From Eledone cirrhosa (taxonomy: Eukaryota), in assembly GCA_964016885.1 (NCBI GenBank), contig OZ024744.1, positions 92,752,001-92,816,000 on the forward strand: a stretch of 64,000 nucleotides of DNA. Direction: 5' to 3'. Position numbers and translations under genes: made by a program. A model generated the notes under the pieces. It saw only the letters and a program-made list of their open reading frames with translations. It ran no database searches and had not been told where the DNA came from. Shown one piece after another: positions 11,907-24,904 of the stretch. The stretch's first letter is position 1; each line of letters starts with the position of its first letter.

Positions 11907-12388
11907 TACAATACATAAGCTGTTTTATAAATAATTATTGACATACCTTATAATAATGCGACTTCCATTTAAAAAGTTGATTTGGTAGTGAAACTGTTAT
12001 GACAGTTATATAGAAAGAAAAACGAAGATGAGAAGAAGAAGATGAAGAGATGTATGTAAATAAAAAAAGAAGAAGATGAAGAGATGTATGTAAAGAAAAA
12101 CAACAGAACGAGATAGAGAGACAAGGAGATATGGGAGAGAGAAATACATTGAGGAAGTGAAAAAATATAGTAGGCAGCTTTTGGACAGATGATCATCGTA
12201 TATGTGAGAGGTTAAGGAGGGAAGGGATACAGTTAAACTAGCCGACACATAAATCACGTCCAGTGTATAGGAGAAAAAGAAAGAAAGATGATATATTTAA
12301 AATATATTAAAAATATATTATGTCTCATCCATTTGAATTATCAATTTTTATGAATTAGGTATTATAATGTAAATATCAGTATTCGTGA

Positions 12389-13378
12389 ATGAGACACATA
12401 AATGAAAACTTGAATTATGTCAATTTTAGCTCCAATCACCCCAGATCTGTCAAAAATACTATAGTGAACTCTGTTCAAAAACGTATCTCTAGAATCTCTT
12501 CCAATAAAAATATTTTTGACGAAAAAGCCCAGTATTATAATGAAGCTTTAGCTAGAGCAGGATATAGTGATAAAATGATGTACATCGATAATAGACAAAC
12601 TAACCAAAATAACAACAATTTTAATTACAGTAACAACTTTAACAACTATAATAGAAAGCACTACGATAATTTCAAAAACCAGAAAAGAAATAGAACTAGA
12701 AATATAATATGGTTTGCCCCCCCTTTCTCACTAAACATTAAAACCCACATCGCTAAACTATTTTTTAATGCTCTTGACAAACGCTTCCCTAGAACACATA
12801 AGTATCACTCAATTTTCAATAGACATACTATAAAATTAACGTACTCGTCCACCAAAAATTTAGCACAAAATATTAATAGAATAAATAATAGGAATCTAAA
12901 ACCTAGCTAAAATACCGAAAATAGCCTAAACAATATTCAAGTAAAAAACTGTAACTGTAGAGATAGATCTAAATGTCCGCTAAATAACAATTGCTTAGTT
13001 AAAAATATAATATACAACTGTAATGTTAGAACTGATTTAAATTCTTTTAATTATGTTGGTTCCACCTCGACAGAATTTAAACTTTGCTATAATAATCACA
13101 AAAATTCTTTCACGGATCCAAATAAAAAATCTTCAACATCACTGTCAGGGTTACTCTGGCAACTTAAGCATGATAAAGTTGGATATTCGATGGTTTGGAA
13201 TATAGTCTCAAAAGGGATTCCTTTTAATTCCTCTTCTGAGACATGTGACCTCTGCGCGGAGGAGATATTCTTTATACTAAAATCTAAAAATTCCCTTAAT
13301 TTACGAACCAATTTATTCAGCTGCTGCAGACATAGATTGAACTCAACTTTTAAATATAAATATAAATTTAAAATGTAG
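12389..13378 (+). pseudogene. PLE thumb + GIY-YIG endonuclease remnant (disrupted)
   Basis: SNHPRSV..RISRISS..ALARAGY, RNIIWFAPPFS, CNCR...CPL..NCL..NIIY..YVGST, CDLCAEE..CRHR. Confidence 0.85.
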
Positions 13379-14646
13379 TATAAAATGTAGTATATTTACT
13401 TAAGATATTTAACTATTTATGAAACTTGGTGATAAATCTTTCGATTCCTTCAATTTTTTTAAAAACCTTTCTGCATGAATATATAATTAATGAGATTAAA
13501 TAAACTACCCTAAAATTGGCGTTGTTCCCAATCTTTTGAATAAATTTTTAAGCTGGATAAACTTCTATAATAAATATAAGAGCATTTGTAGAATAAGTTT
13601 TGAATGATTTCTGCTAAATAAGGCTTGGTGAACAATTTTGGTTTTGTTTGCTTTTGATTCTGATTTTATGTGACCGATATGCGTGGCATACTATGTTCTC
13701 TTGCGTCCTTAGATACTCTGTGGAGTGACGAAGATATTCTTGGCGTTTTTAATTTTTAATATTGATATCTGTTGTCTACTCTATGCTTGATCGATAATCA
13801 TGCAAGTGAGGCTGGAATGTTATTTTATATATTTTATGTCTATATATATGTATTTATGTATGTAAATGTATGTAGGGTGGAATCTTTTGTAACGCAATGA
13901 AGTTTTTCATGAAATATAAGAATCTGTGCAGCATATCACGTAGGTTCACATGTGTGTCTATATTTATCAACTTGAGTTTGAGATAACCTTCTCTTTTCTC
14001 TTTTTCTTTTTTCACGAGAATGCATATATACTTATGTTTGAAGTTTTATCTCAGATTTTGCTTATAGACCTAAGAATTTTTAAACTGAGCATGTGGTCAT
14101 TTTTTCACACATTATGGATATGTGTCTCATTCATGAATACTGATATTTACATTATAATACCTAATTCGTAAAAATTGATAATTCAAATGGATGAGACATA
14201 ATATATTTTTAATATATTTTAAATATATCATCTTTCTTTCTTTTTCTCCTATACACTGGACGTGATTTATGTGTCGGCTAGTTTAACTGTATCCCTTCCC
14301 TCCTTAACCTCTCACATATACGATGATCATCTGTCCAAAAGCTGCCTACTATATTTTTTCACTTCCTCAATGTATTTCTCTCTCCCATATCTCCTTGTCT
14401 CTCTATCTCGCTCTGTTGTTTTTCTTTACATACATCTCTTCATCTTCTTCTTTTTTTCTTTACATACATCTCTTCATCTTCTTCTTTTTTTATTTACATA
14501 CATCTCTTCATCTTCTTCTTCTCATCTTCGTTTTTCTTTCTATATAACTGTCATAACAGTTTCACTACCAAATCAACTTTTTAAATGGAAGTCGCATTAT
14601 TATAAGGTATGTCAATAATTATTTATAAAACAGCTTATGTATTGTA

Positions 14647-14708
14647 TTTTGTCTGAGGAAGGTATACCATATTTTTAATATGATATCCCAGAAATATATA
14701 TAACGAAA
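14647..14708 (+). ncRNA. Type I hammerhead ribozyme in pLTR
   Basis: TTTTGT-CTGAGGA-[catatt/aatatg stem]-GAAA-tatata-TA-ACGAAA; palindromic stem III. Confidence 0.75.
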
Positions 14709-14844
14709 TAAATATGGTTTTATAAATATAAATATAGTTTCCATTTGTTTAATATCGTAAACCTACTCCAGAAACTGTTGAGTGCTTTTATATCAGTTAT
14801 AAAATATTTACTCGTTGTAACCCAACAATCTTAAATAAAACTTT

Positions 14845-14895
<51 letters not shown>

Positions 14896-14897
<2 letters not shown>

Positions 14898-15227
14898 CAT
14901 TTCATTTCATTTCATATTACGTCCGCTTTACCCTGCTTGCAAGGGTGGGACGGGAACTGATTCTGGCTTGATTTCTACAGATGGATGCCCTTCCTAACAC
15001 CAACCTCATTTACAGTGAGTGCTGGGTGCTTTTTTGCCGTGGCACCTCCACGACCATTTTGCAGTGGAATGATAGGGACCCCAGTCCCTATCATCTCATT
15101 TCTACAGCTGAGTAAACTGGAGCAATGTGAAATAAAGTGTCTTGCTCAAGGAAACAACACATCTCCCGGTCTGAGAATTGAACTCACAACCTTTCGATTA
15201 CAAGGCCAATGCTCTAACCACTAAGCC
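14896..15227 (-). mobile_element. tRNA-derived CORE-like SINE with RTE-like 3' tail
   Basis: Head GGCTTAGTGGTTAGAGC..GAGTTCAATTC, ccttgagcaagacactt, tail ttaggaagggcatcca; five copies in window. Confidence 0.85.
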
Positions 15228-15263
15228 GGGTATATATATATATATATATACACATATATATAC

Positions 15264-16011
15264 CCAAAAGTCCCTGACCTGGCAGTGCTACCGAGGAGCT
15301 CTACCAGTTCGAAACAAGCTCTACACACATGGGCGCCCAGGCAGGGACCCTTCGAAAAAGATCTGTCCGAGATGCGTGCGAGATGAAGAAACCGTCACGC
15401 ACACATTCATGCACTGCCCGGGTGTTACCGACCTGTGGGGCTATGTAGAATGATTATTGTCGCGGGTGGGACCAATCCGGTTGACCACCGAGTCCATTGT
15501 CATGATCAAACCACCACCCTCCTTCAAAAATGGAGAGGCGGTTTTCCTTTGTGTGATAGCTACGGCGAAAGAGGTTGTATGGTGGACGAGGTTAAAAGGG
15601 CTGAGGTCAGACACCTTTCTCTCCGGCCAACAACTGGTTCTTTTTTCAAATTCCACTTTGGAAGAAGAATCAGGATGGAGAGAGAGAGGTGCTGTACCCC
15701 AGCAAGTTTTATGAAAGGTGGGTGAAAGTGGCGAGAATGGCCCGAGTGAATGGGCCTTCTCTCTATATCAGCCTGTAGGTTGAGGAAAAGGAGGAAGTGA
15801 GGAAAGGAGTGGTCACTCTTCGTACTCCTGGAGATGAGGGTTGCACATTTTTTCGGGGGTATTACCCATATGTAATGTCTCCCCCTATTGGGGAAAATCG
15901 ATTGTTTTTTAAATTGCATTTGTGATAGTATTTTACACGTTTCTATTGTATGTAAACTTGCCCCTTTGTATTTGTCCCCTTCTTTTGTGCCCCTGTGGCT
16001 AATAAAGAAAC
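15264..16011 (+). mobile_element. L1/Tx1-like LINE 3' fragment
   Basis: zf-RVT-like W...RGALPV..CPRC...ETVTHTFMHC..LW; ends in aataaagaaa. Confidence 0.75.
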
Positions 16012-16058
16012 ATATCTATATATACAAAATTAATTTAATTAAATTAAATTAAGGGAGT

Positions 16059-18021
16059 TATAGCGGATTTTACTGGCGGTGTATGAATGTAACAAAGAGA
16101 CATCGTTTGTGTGTATAATATTTAATCAACAATCATGGATATATATATAGAACAGTATAGTTGACATGTCAAAGAAATAGATGAAAGAATGAAGCAAAGT
16201 AATGAGTTACCATTTTGGTTGCCAGGCAAACGCGGCTGGCAAAAGACGCCTGGCAAAGGCCAGGCGCCGGAAGGGCAAATGAGAGAGTGAGAACTTAAAG
16301 TTGTTAGTTTTATAGGGTTCTGACCGGAAGTTACAGAAAGGGTTCTACTTCCTGTCTAGATGGTGTTGTGAGTGTCACAACAAGGGAGGCAACTGCTACA
16401 TAACCTCCCGCCAGAATTTTAGAATATAAAAATCGAATGAAATATGTAGCAAGTTGGCGAGAATATTGTAACAGGCATGAAAATTACGACAAAAGAATGT
16501 TTGCAAAAATCAATGATAGATATCAAGGTCAGAGAACGACTGGACATCTATCTATCCATCACCCAAAGATACAATGTAATAAAGTAAGAGAAGAGCTCCA
16601 AGTTCAAATGTACAAAATATAGTTCACAGGTGTGCAATCACATGACAGCAGGAAAGAAAGTGTGTTCCAGAGAAGGAATGCAGGTGGTTTCTGTTCTGTG
16701 GTATATCGTGAAATTTCCAACCTCCGAATGGATTTTCTCACAGGAAGAGTGCTGCAAAAATAAATTCTCTGGCTTGTTCTGCTGGTTTTGGTTGTTGATG
16801 AAGCTGTGTTGCTGTTGATGTTGTTTTCTCGCGGAGTGAGTGTATTCGGTGTTTAAATTCACAGTAAAAAAAATTTTCAGAAAAAATGAGTTGCGCAGTG
16901 TTAGAAATAACAGCCGAAGTTGATGGTCGATGTTGAGAATGCGTTGACCTGGAAGGGTCAAGAGGCCAGCGACCAAAGAAATAAGCATTCTGAATAAATG
17001 CGCAGTTTTCAACGGCAAATTTACGTGGTAAATTTTTAAACCGGCAAATAGGAGAATATAGCTTAAGGCTGAAGAATCCTTGGCGAGAAACGTTATCTCT
17101 GGCGTGCGGCTATCTCTGTGAGTCGAGGTATCTCCGTGAGTTGAGAATTTGTGCTGCCTACACGTGCCAATATAAGGTTAAGTTAGGTTGAAAAATTAAT
17201 ATTTCTAACGCGCGAGAAAATGATAGTGCAAGTTTGAAAGTGACAATGATGAAAAAGAAAGGCTTCACTCAGCATAATTATTGGTGTGAACTTTGAAAAA
17301 AAACTTGAACGATGAAGAAAACGATGAAAAAAAAAAAAAAAATGGTTCATCGAAAATAAATGTTCCTGTTGAAATGTTTAAAAAAAAAAAAATATCAAAT
17401 TTCTTTTTTTTTTTTTTTTTTGAAAGTGTTCGTTGTAGGAAACGAGAATATATCGTGAAATGCGACAGTTAGTTGATGCGTGAGAGAAAAAGTCTGTCTG
17501 AACGCGAATTTCACATGTGCGTGTGTGCGTTTCTTTGACTGAGTATTTTCATAGTTTGTCAATAAATTTGCTATGTATTCGTAATGTTACTCACATAACA
17601 CCAGATTCTGCTATTTTTTTTTCGGGGTGACCACTTATAACAATGAAGGGCTGCGTGTTCGTATCACGTCAGGGTTACCAATATAGCTGATTTTACTGGC
17701 GGTGTATGAATGTAACAAAGAGACATCGTTTGTGTGTATAATATTTAATCAACAATCATGGATATATATAGAACAGTATAGTTGACATGTCAAAGAAATA
17801 GATGAAAGAATGAAGCAAAGTAATGAGTTACCGTTTTGGTTGCCAGGCAAACGCGGCTGGCAGAAGACGCCTGCCAAAGGCCAGGCGCCGGAAGAGCAAA
17901 TGAGAGAGTGAGAACTTAAAGTTGTTAGTTTTATAGGGTTCTGACCGGAAGTTACAGAAAGGGTTCTACTTCCTGTCTAGATGGTGTTGTGAGTGTCACA
18001 ACAAGGGAGGGAACTGCTACA
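16059..18021 (-). mobile_element. Non-autonomous LTR element (LTRs 17682-18021 and 16059-16400), 4-bp TSD GAGT
   Basis: Two ~340-bp near-identical direct repeats with TGTAGC...GCTATA ends, tRNA-Trp PBS, purine-rich tract before the 3' LTR, no gag/pol motifs seen. Confidence 0.9.
17645..17680 (-). promoter_or_regulatory. Extended primer-binding site complementary to the tRNA-Trp 3' end
   Basis: Plus strand gaagggctgcgtgttcgtatcacgtcagggttaCCA resembles the metazoan tRNA-Trp 3' half plus CCA, 1 nt from the LTR. Confidence 0.82.
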
Positions 18022-18079
18022 GAGTCATGTCCGAGACATGCACCATTTAATTTAATTTAATTAATTTTGGATATATACA

Positions 18080-18653
<574 letters not shown>

Positions 18654-19034
18654 TTCAGAAACATTAAACTATGATAGTCAATTGAACAGGAATTTTGCAA
18701 CTAGAAATAGGTAGTAATGTAACCACTACCAATGTTAGTCAATACATTGATTTTTGACTATCAATCGACCCTCTGAAATGATTGTAAAACAATGAACTAA
18801 TTAACTGCCTACCTCTGACGTCTGTCTTGTTTTCAATGTTCAATACACAGACTCATATAGAAATGACTCTGTAACTAAGGTGGAATCTTCTTTGAGGAAA
18901 CCATAGGCAGTGGTCACCTACAAAAACTACTGGTCCCATCACCTAATGTCACTGCAACCAATTTTCTATTACACTTTTAACAACATTATCAGCCCCACCA
19001 CAACCAGACAGAATACGATATATATATATATATA

Positions 19035-20742
19035 CGGTGGGGGCCAGTATAAAACTAACCCTTAAGGAACATAGGTGCAAATTTAATTGAAAAACATATG
19101 CCCAAGAGGAGGGAGCAGCCATTGGTGTTAGCATTGCAGGTGACATAGCTAACCTATTCATGGTATGGTGGGACAATAAACTTAACTTAAAGAACAATTA
19201 GAAGACAGCAACCTCTTAACCCTGATAATGTACTCCTGCTACGTTGATGATATAAACATCGTAGTAAAACCACCCCACTAGAGAACAGTCAGGAATTAGA
19301 GAAAAACACCATGGAAAGCATCCAGCAAATAGCTAACTCCGTCCACCAGAGTATCAGAGTTACTATAGACTACCCAAGCAAACACCCAAACCATCGATTA
19401 CCTGTACTAGACACAGAGCTCTGGTTAGAAACCATTAATAACAAAAACCAAAACCTCCATTCCCATTATGTCAAATCCATGACTTCCAAATATCTGATCC
19501 ACCGAAACTCAGCTGTTTCGGATCACACCACAATCAATATACTAATTGCGGATTTGGTACGGGTGATGAAAAACGTGTCCCGCATGTGCAACCCCAAAGA
19601 ACTAGAGAGACACATACAACACTTCATCCACCGTATGCAGTTCCCTGGTTACAATCAGAGAGATAAGCTCAGAGTATATAGAGGAGCCAGAACCAAATGG
19701 GAAAAAATGGTAAATAATGATACAAATGGGACCTGCCCCTTGTATAGGAGCAAATTTTGGAATAGAATAGAAAGAACTAGGAATAAGGTTAATAGAATAA
19801 ACTCATGGGATGATAGCAATAAATACCAGAGTGTAATTTTCATCGATACAACCCCTAGAGGTGAACTAGCTTACAAATTTAGAAGGGCCCTAGATAAACT
19901 TAAACTAAATATTAAGATAGTGGAAAGACCAGGTACCTCCATAAAAACACTTATTAGTAATACATACCCTTTTCAAAGACCTCCCTGTATAGATAAGAAA
20001 TACATAATCTGTAAACTAAGTCCCCATATTAACTGTAAAACTAGAAATGTAGTATATAGCATAAGATGTACTGAGGGACAATGTAAAGATAAGAATATAA
20101 TGTACATAGGTGAGACAGCTCGTAGTATAGGAGAACGATTAAATGAACACTGGCGAGAGCTTCAAGATAGAAAAGACTCATCAGTAATCCACCAACATGC
20201 TAAAATAGAACATAAGGGCAAATTAGGGAACATAGAAATAAAATAAAATCTACACACAGAAAAGACGCAATGTTTAGACAAATCACAGAGGCAATAAACA
20301 TAAATGAACACCAACCAAATTAAATAGAAAACATGAATGGAATAGCAACATCACAACTTACAATTAAGGACAAAATGAAAACACACACACATAGAACAAA
20401 CAACCAACTAGTAACATGTAAATAAACAAATAAATAAACAAATAAAAACACAATACGGACACCCGGATGTAACACATGCGCAAACTAAGCACACAACACA
20501 CACAAAAACAAGATGGCGTAGAACAGAACAAAGGAGAGGCACAAAATAAAGAAAAGAATCCCCGGTCACTGATGAGGTCACAGAATGTGTGACGAAAGAA
20601 CTTTGACAATATATGAACAACTGTCCGGTTGTGGAACCAACCAACTGGAAATTTATAAAAAAAAATTTTTTAATTTTTAATTTAATTTATAATAAATTGG
20701 AGTGAAAGTAACTGGTGCGTGTGTTTCTCCCAAAGTATAACA

Positions 20743-20745
<3 letters not shown>
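19035..20745 (+). mobile_element. Penelope-like element, degenerate RT + GIY-YIG (ORF 19311-20246) and pLTR
   Basis: Colinear homolog of the 292-1659 protein; YVDD at ~19240; frameshifts and stops. Confidence 0.9.
20565..20607 (+). ncRNA. Minimal type I hammerhead ribozyme in pLTR
   Basis: GTCA-CTGATGA-g-GTCACA-gaatg-TGTGAC-GAAA-g-aa-c-TT-TGAC. Confidence 0.8.
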
Positions 20746-20782
<37 letters not shown>

Positions 20783-21115
20783 ATTATTAGTTTTTACATA
20801 CATATTTAGAGAGGAAAGTTCGTATATATATGTGTATGTATAAATATGTATCTAAAAACTAATAATTTTTCTCCCCCTTTTTATTATTCGTATAAATATG
20901 CAACATAACTACATTATGCACATCTGCGGTTGGAAAAGCATATAATGCTGAAACCGGTACCATTATTAAATGTGGAAATATTCACTTTATAAATAAATGT
21001 TTTGATAATATACTGAAAAAAAATCTGTCCTGCATTTTCTACTGAAATGTTTTTCTCTTTTACTATTTGTTTATATATATCAACTTCTGTGTTACTGTTT
21101 TACTTTCCTACATTC

Positions 21116-21144
<29 letters not shown>

Positions 21145-21150
<6 letters not shown>

Positions 21151-21650
21151 GTATATATATATATGTATGTATACGTACATACATAAATGTATACAGACGT
21201 TCAGTAGTATGTATATATATACATACATGCACACATATATATGCACGTATCGGTTTACCGAACATTTATTATAATGCTAGGTTTGTTTGTTTGTAAACAA
21301 ACAAACAGCCTGAATTACGCCGTACAGTGTTTAGGCAACCACGTCACCTTTTTGTTCAACACTGACACAGGAACGATGTACTAGTTTCAAGCTTATTAGC
21401 TATCGTCAGCATCGTATACCTTCCTGCCAGATGGTTGAACGTCTGAACAAACCGAGCATGATAATAAATGTTCGGTAAACCGATACGTGCATATATATAT
21501 ATGTGTGCATGTATGTATATATATACATACTACTGTACGTCTGTATACATATATGTGTGTACGTATACATACATGCATATTTACATTTAAGTAAGTGCCG
21601 TACTAAGAGTGAGAAATGAAATTTCGTTTCATTCTATTCCATTTATATAT
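21145..21650 (-). mobile_element. HHR-bearing pLTR-like repeat with an inverted duplicated tail; homolog at 40790-41280 (+)
   Basis: 21160-21290 inverted against 21447-21575; shared sequence with 40790-41280. Confidence 0.7.
21373..21415 (-). ncRNA. Minimal type I hammerhead ribozyme
   Basis: Minus strand: ACGATG-CTGACGA-t-agct-aata-agct-t-GAAA-ctag-TA-CATCGT. Confidence 0.88.
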
Positions 21651-21933
21651 ATATATATAGTTATGTAATAAACAACATAAGGGAATTATTTCATTTACCA
21701 GTGGTTTCTTGAAATCAAACAACTTTTGCTTTCTATCATCAGAATGAAAAAATCCTGGTGTATTTATTGACATTGGATTTAAAAACAAAAATATAATCTA
21801 TATGAAAGTGAGGCTGGAAAAGGAAGAAGGAAAGGAAAAATAAACACATATGTTTTTTTATTGCATAACTATTAAGCTCTGTAACCTACATAGAGCACTC
21901 TTTTTTCCTGGACCTTTCCAACGGAATTATTTC

Positions 21934-21964
<31 letters not shown>

Positions 21965-21967
<3 letters not shown>

Positions 21968-22125
21968 CGTTTCTGAATTTGTTTAGCAAGATTCTTTATC
22001 TGAAATCGTGTGTTGAAACCGATATTGTTATACTTTGGGAGGGTCATGTTGCCAATAAGAAACACACGCACCAGTTGCTTTCACTTCAATTTATTATAAT
22101 AAATTTATAAATTTATAAATTTATA
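21965..22125 (-). mobile_element. PLE pLTR 3' tail fragment
   Basis: Matches 39035-39135 and 35490-35620. Confidence 0.7.
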
Positions 22126-22126
22126 A

Positions 22127-22381
22127 ACACTTTATTTCACATTGCTCTAGTTTACTCAGCTGTAGAAATGAGATGATAGGGACTGGGGTCCATATCATTC
22201 CACTTCAAAGTGGTCGTGGAGGTGCCACGGCAAAAAAGCACCCAGCACTCACTGTAAATGAGGTTGGTGTTAGGAAGGGCATCCAGCTGTAGAAATCAAG
22301 CCAGTATCAGTTCCCGTCCCACCCGTGCAAGCAGGGAAAAAACGGACGTAAAATGATGATGATGATGATGATGATGATGAT
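22127..22381 (+). mobile_element. 5'-truncated SINE (same family as 14896-15227)
   Basis: Shared body and (GAT)n tail. Confidence 0.85.
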
Positions 22382-22931
22382 ATATGCATATATATATTTG
22401 AAAAAAAGGGAAAGAATAACTTCACTTGTAATTCTAAATAATTTTATTTAATTTTATAACATTATGATATTATGAGGTGGTAGATCCAGTAAGTTCTTTG
22501 TTAACTTTGGTGGAAAGAATTTTAAAGATTCCTGGTTAACTTTCTTAGAGAACTTTCTTGCATTCACCAGTGGGGCGATTGTCAACCTGAGCTTAGGTTG
22601 TGTTGTGATGTGTGACTCTATATATAAGAGATATTTGGATGTCTGGGGGTGGGGTGGGGGTGTTAATGAATGTGGGAGTGAAGGAGTGTTGATGAAGATT
22701 TAAAGGAATTAAAGCACACGCGCACAGGCACACACACACACACACACACACACAAACATCTATGGAAATGGAACCAGCAGGAGGGACTTTTACAACCCAT
22801 TTGTTAAACACTCTTATCTTGCTGTCAACCTTCACCTTTTTCTGTGTGTATATATGTATGTATGTGGGTGTGGGTGTGTGTGCGTGTGTGTGTGTGTAAG
22901 CTTTAATTCCTTTAATATGGGCTCTTTACAC

Positions 22932-22970
<39 letters not shown>

Positions 22971-23004
22971 AAGCTTTAATTCATTTAATATGGGGTCTTT
23001 ATCC

Positions 23005-23037
<33 letters not shown>

Positions 23038-24204
23038 AAAAATATTCAGGACCTAACGGCTGAGCTCCGGCTGTGTTGACAGCTAGATCTGAACTGCCAG
23101 AGTTCAGCCATTGGGGTCCTGAATCTTTTCCTATTACCCACTCTACTACCGTTAGTATTGAGTACTCTGGTGGGTTATGATCCACCTTGTATTTTACCAC
23201 ACCCTTTCTGATATATATACATACACATGCCTATATATTTTATTATGAATGTTACAAATTCACACACACTTGCCTCATCAGCTCTCAAATTGGCTAGTGG
23301 TTTCATGCCATTTAATTGAGGAGACCACATAATTTGCCTTCCCTTTATTTTTTTTTTCTTTCAGCATTTCTCTCTCTCCTCAACTCTTCTCTTCTCCCTT
23401 CTCATACTTGCTGCACCTGTTGTCACTTTTGCTTGCTGCCACTTCCACCAGTCCAGGGCTGGTACTATCCTGACTTATTGTTGATCTGTCTGTCTGTTCT
23501 AGTCGTCTTATCATGCACACACCATACCAGCAAAATTATTTATTTTCTGTTACACGACCTGGCAAATTTATGTGGTCCTTTCAGTTAAATCATGCGAAAC
23601 CACTTGCCTGTTTGAGAGCTGATGTGCCAGATGTGCGAGTGTATGTATTTTTATCATTCATAACTCAAATTTGTCTTTCTCTATTTATTTCTTTTTGTCA
23701 CTTCTATATGCCAACACATTTCTCCTTCTTCTTCTTCTCCTCCTCCTCCCCCTCCTCTCTCAATATTTTCTTTATTTCATCTGTCTATCACCCACCTCAC
23801 AGATTTACTTTTCTCTTTACCGACCAGTGGCCACTGATTTTTCTGTCCTTTAAGGTATTTTTTACCTGACTTACATGCTGCTATCATTGACAGCATTTGG
23901 CTATTTAAACAGCTATTTTTGTGCTGAGTTTTCTAATTATTTCTATGAATTGCAAACACACTCATGCTTAGTCTGAATTTTCGAGACAACAATGCTTATA
24001 AATATATTTATATATATATACATGTATTAGCATGTGTGCTTGTGTGTGTGTGTGTGAAAAGAAAAAGAAAATTAAATGCTTATCCAGTTATATTGTATGA
24101 CAATTTTAGAGCAATATTGATAGAAGTATATTCGTGTTTGAACTTGTAACTTATATTACACTTATCTTTAGTTATGGCTCTTTGTTTTCGTATGAATATT
24201 GACT

Positions 24205-24311
24205 TTCATCATCACCACCATCATCATCATCACCACTGCTATCGTCATCATCATCACCACCATCATCATCATCACCACTGCTATCGTCATCATCATCACC
24301 ACCATCATCAT

Positions 24312-24343
<32 letters not shown>

Positions 24344-24625
24344 TCATCATAATCATCATCACCATCATTAAAACCATCATCACCATCATCACCACCATCA
24401 TCACAATCGCCATCACCATCATCATCACCACCACCACCATCAGCACCACCACCACCACTATCATCACTACCACCACCATCACCACCACCATCATCATCAC
24501 CAACACCACCACCACCACCACCATCACCATTATCTTCACCAACACCACCACCACCACTATTATCTTCACCACCATCATCATTATCATCAACATAATCATC
24601 ATTATCATCAACATAATCATCATTT
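24205..24625. repeat. (CAT/CAC)n microsatellite
   Basis: Direct inspection. Confidence 0.95.
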
Positions 24626-24904
24626 TACAGCATTTTACGTCATATTTTCCTGTTGACACGCTCTGGGTGTGTCGTGATGGGCTGAAACTCGACAGGTCAG
24701 ACAATAATTACATCTCATTCATTCATCCATACTATTTTAGAAATAGCTTTCACAGCTGGATGCCCTTCCTATCTTTTTAACCATTTCACAGAATGTGCTT
24801 TCTGTTTTGTCTTTTCCTTTATCATGGCCCCTAACATTAAAGAGTTCATGATGTCCTTAGAAAGATTAACCTATCCTCTTAACCCTATATCGTCCCTGTT
24901 TGAT

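Larger units (their letters stand above)
11794..14848 (+). mobile_element. 5'-truncated Penelope-like element with inverted pLTRs (11794-12400 / 14119-14759)
   Basis: ~600-bp inverted repeats enclosing RT-thumb/GIY-YIG coding remnant; (TA)n on both sides. Confidence 0.88.

Noticed and set aside
14985-15224. Recurrent 79-aa ORF (also 34917, 35916, 41346)
   Set aside because: Antisense translation of a SINE; recurrence reflects copy identity
16638-17018. 126-aa ORF inside the LTR element
   Set aside because: No gag, protease, RT or integrase motif recognised
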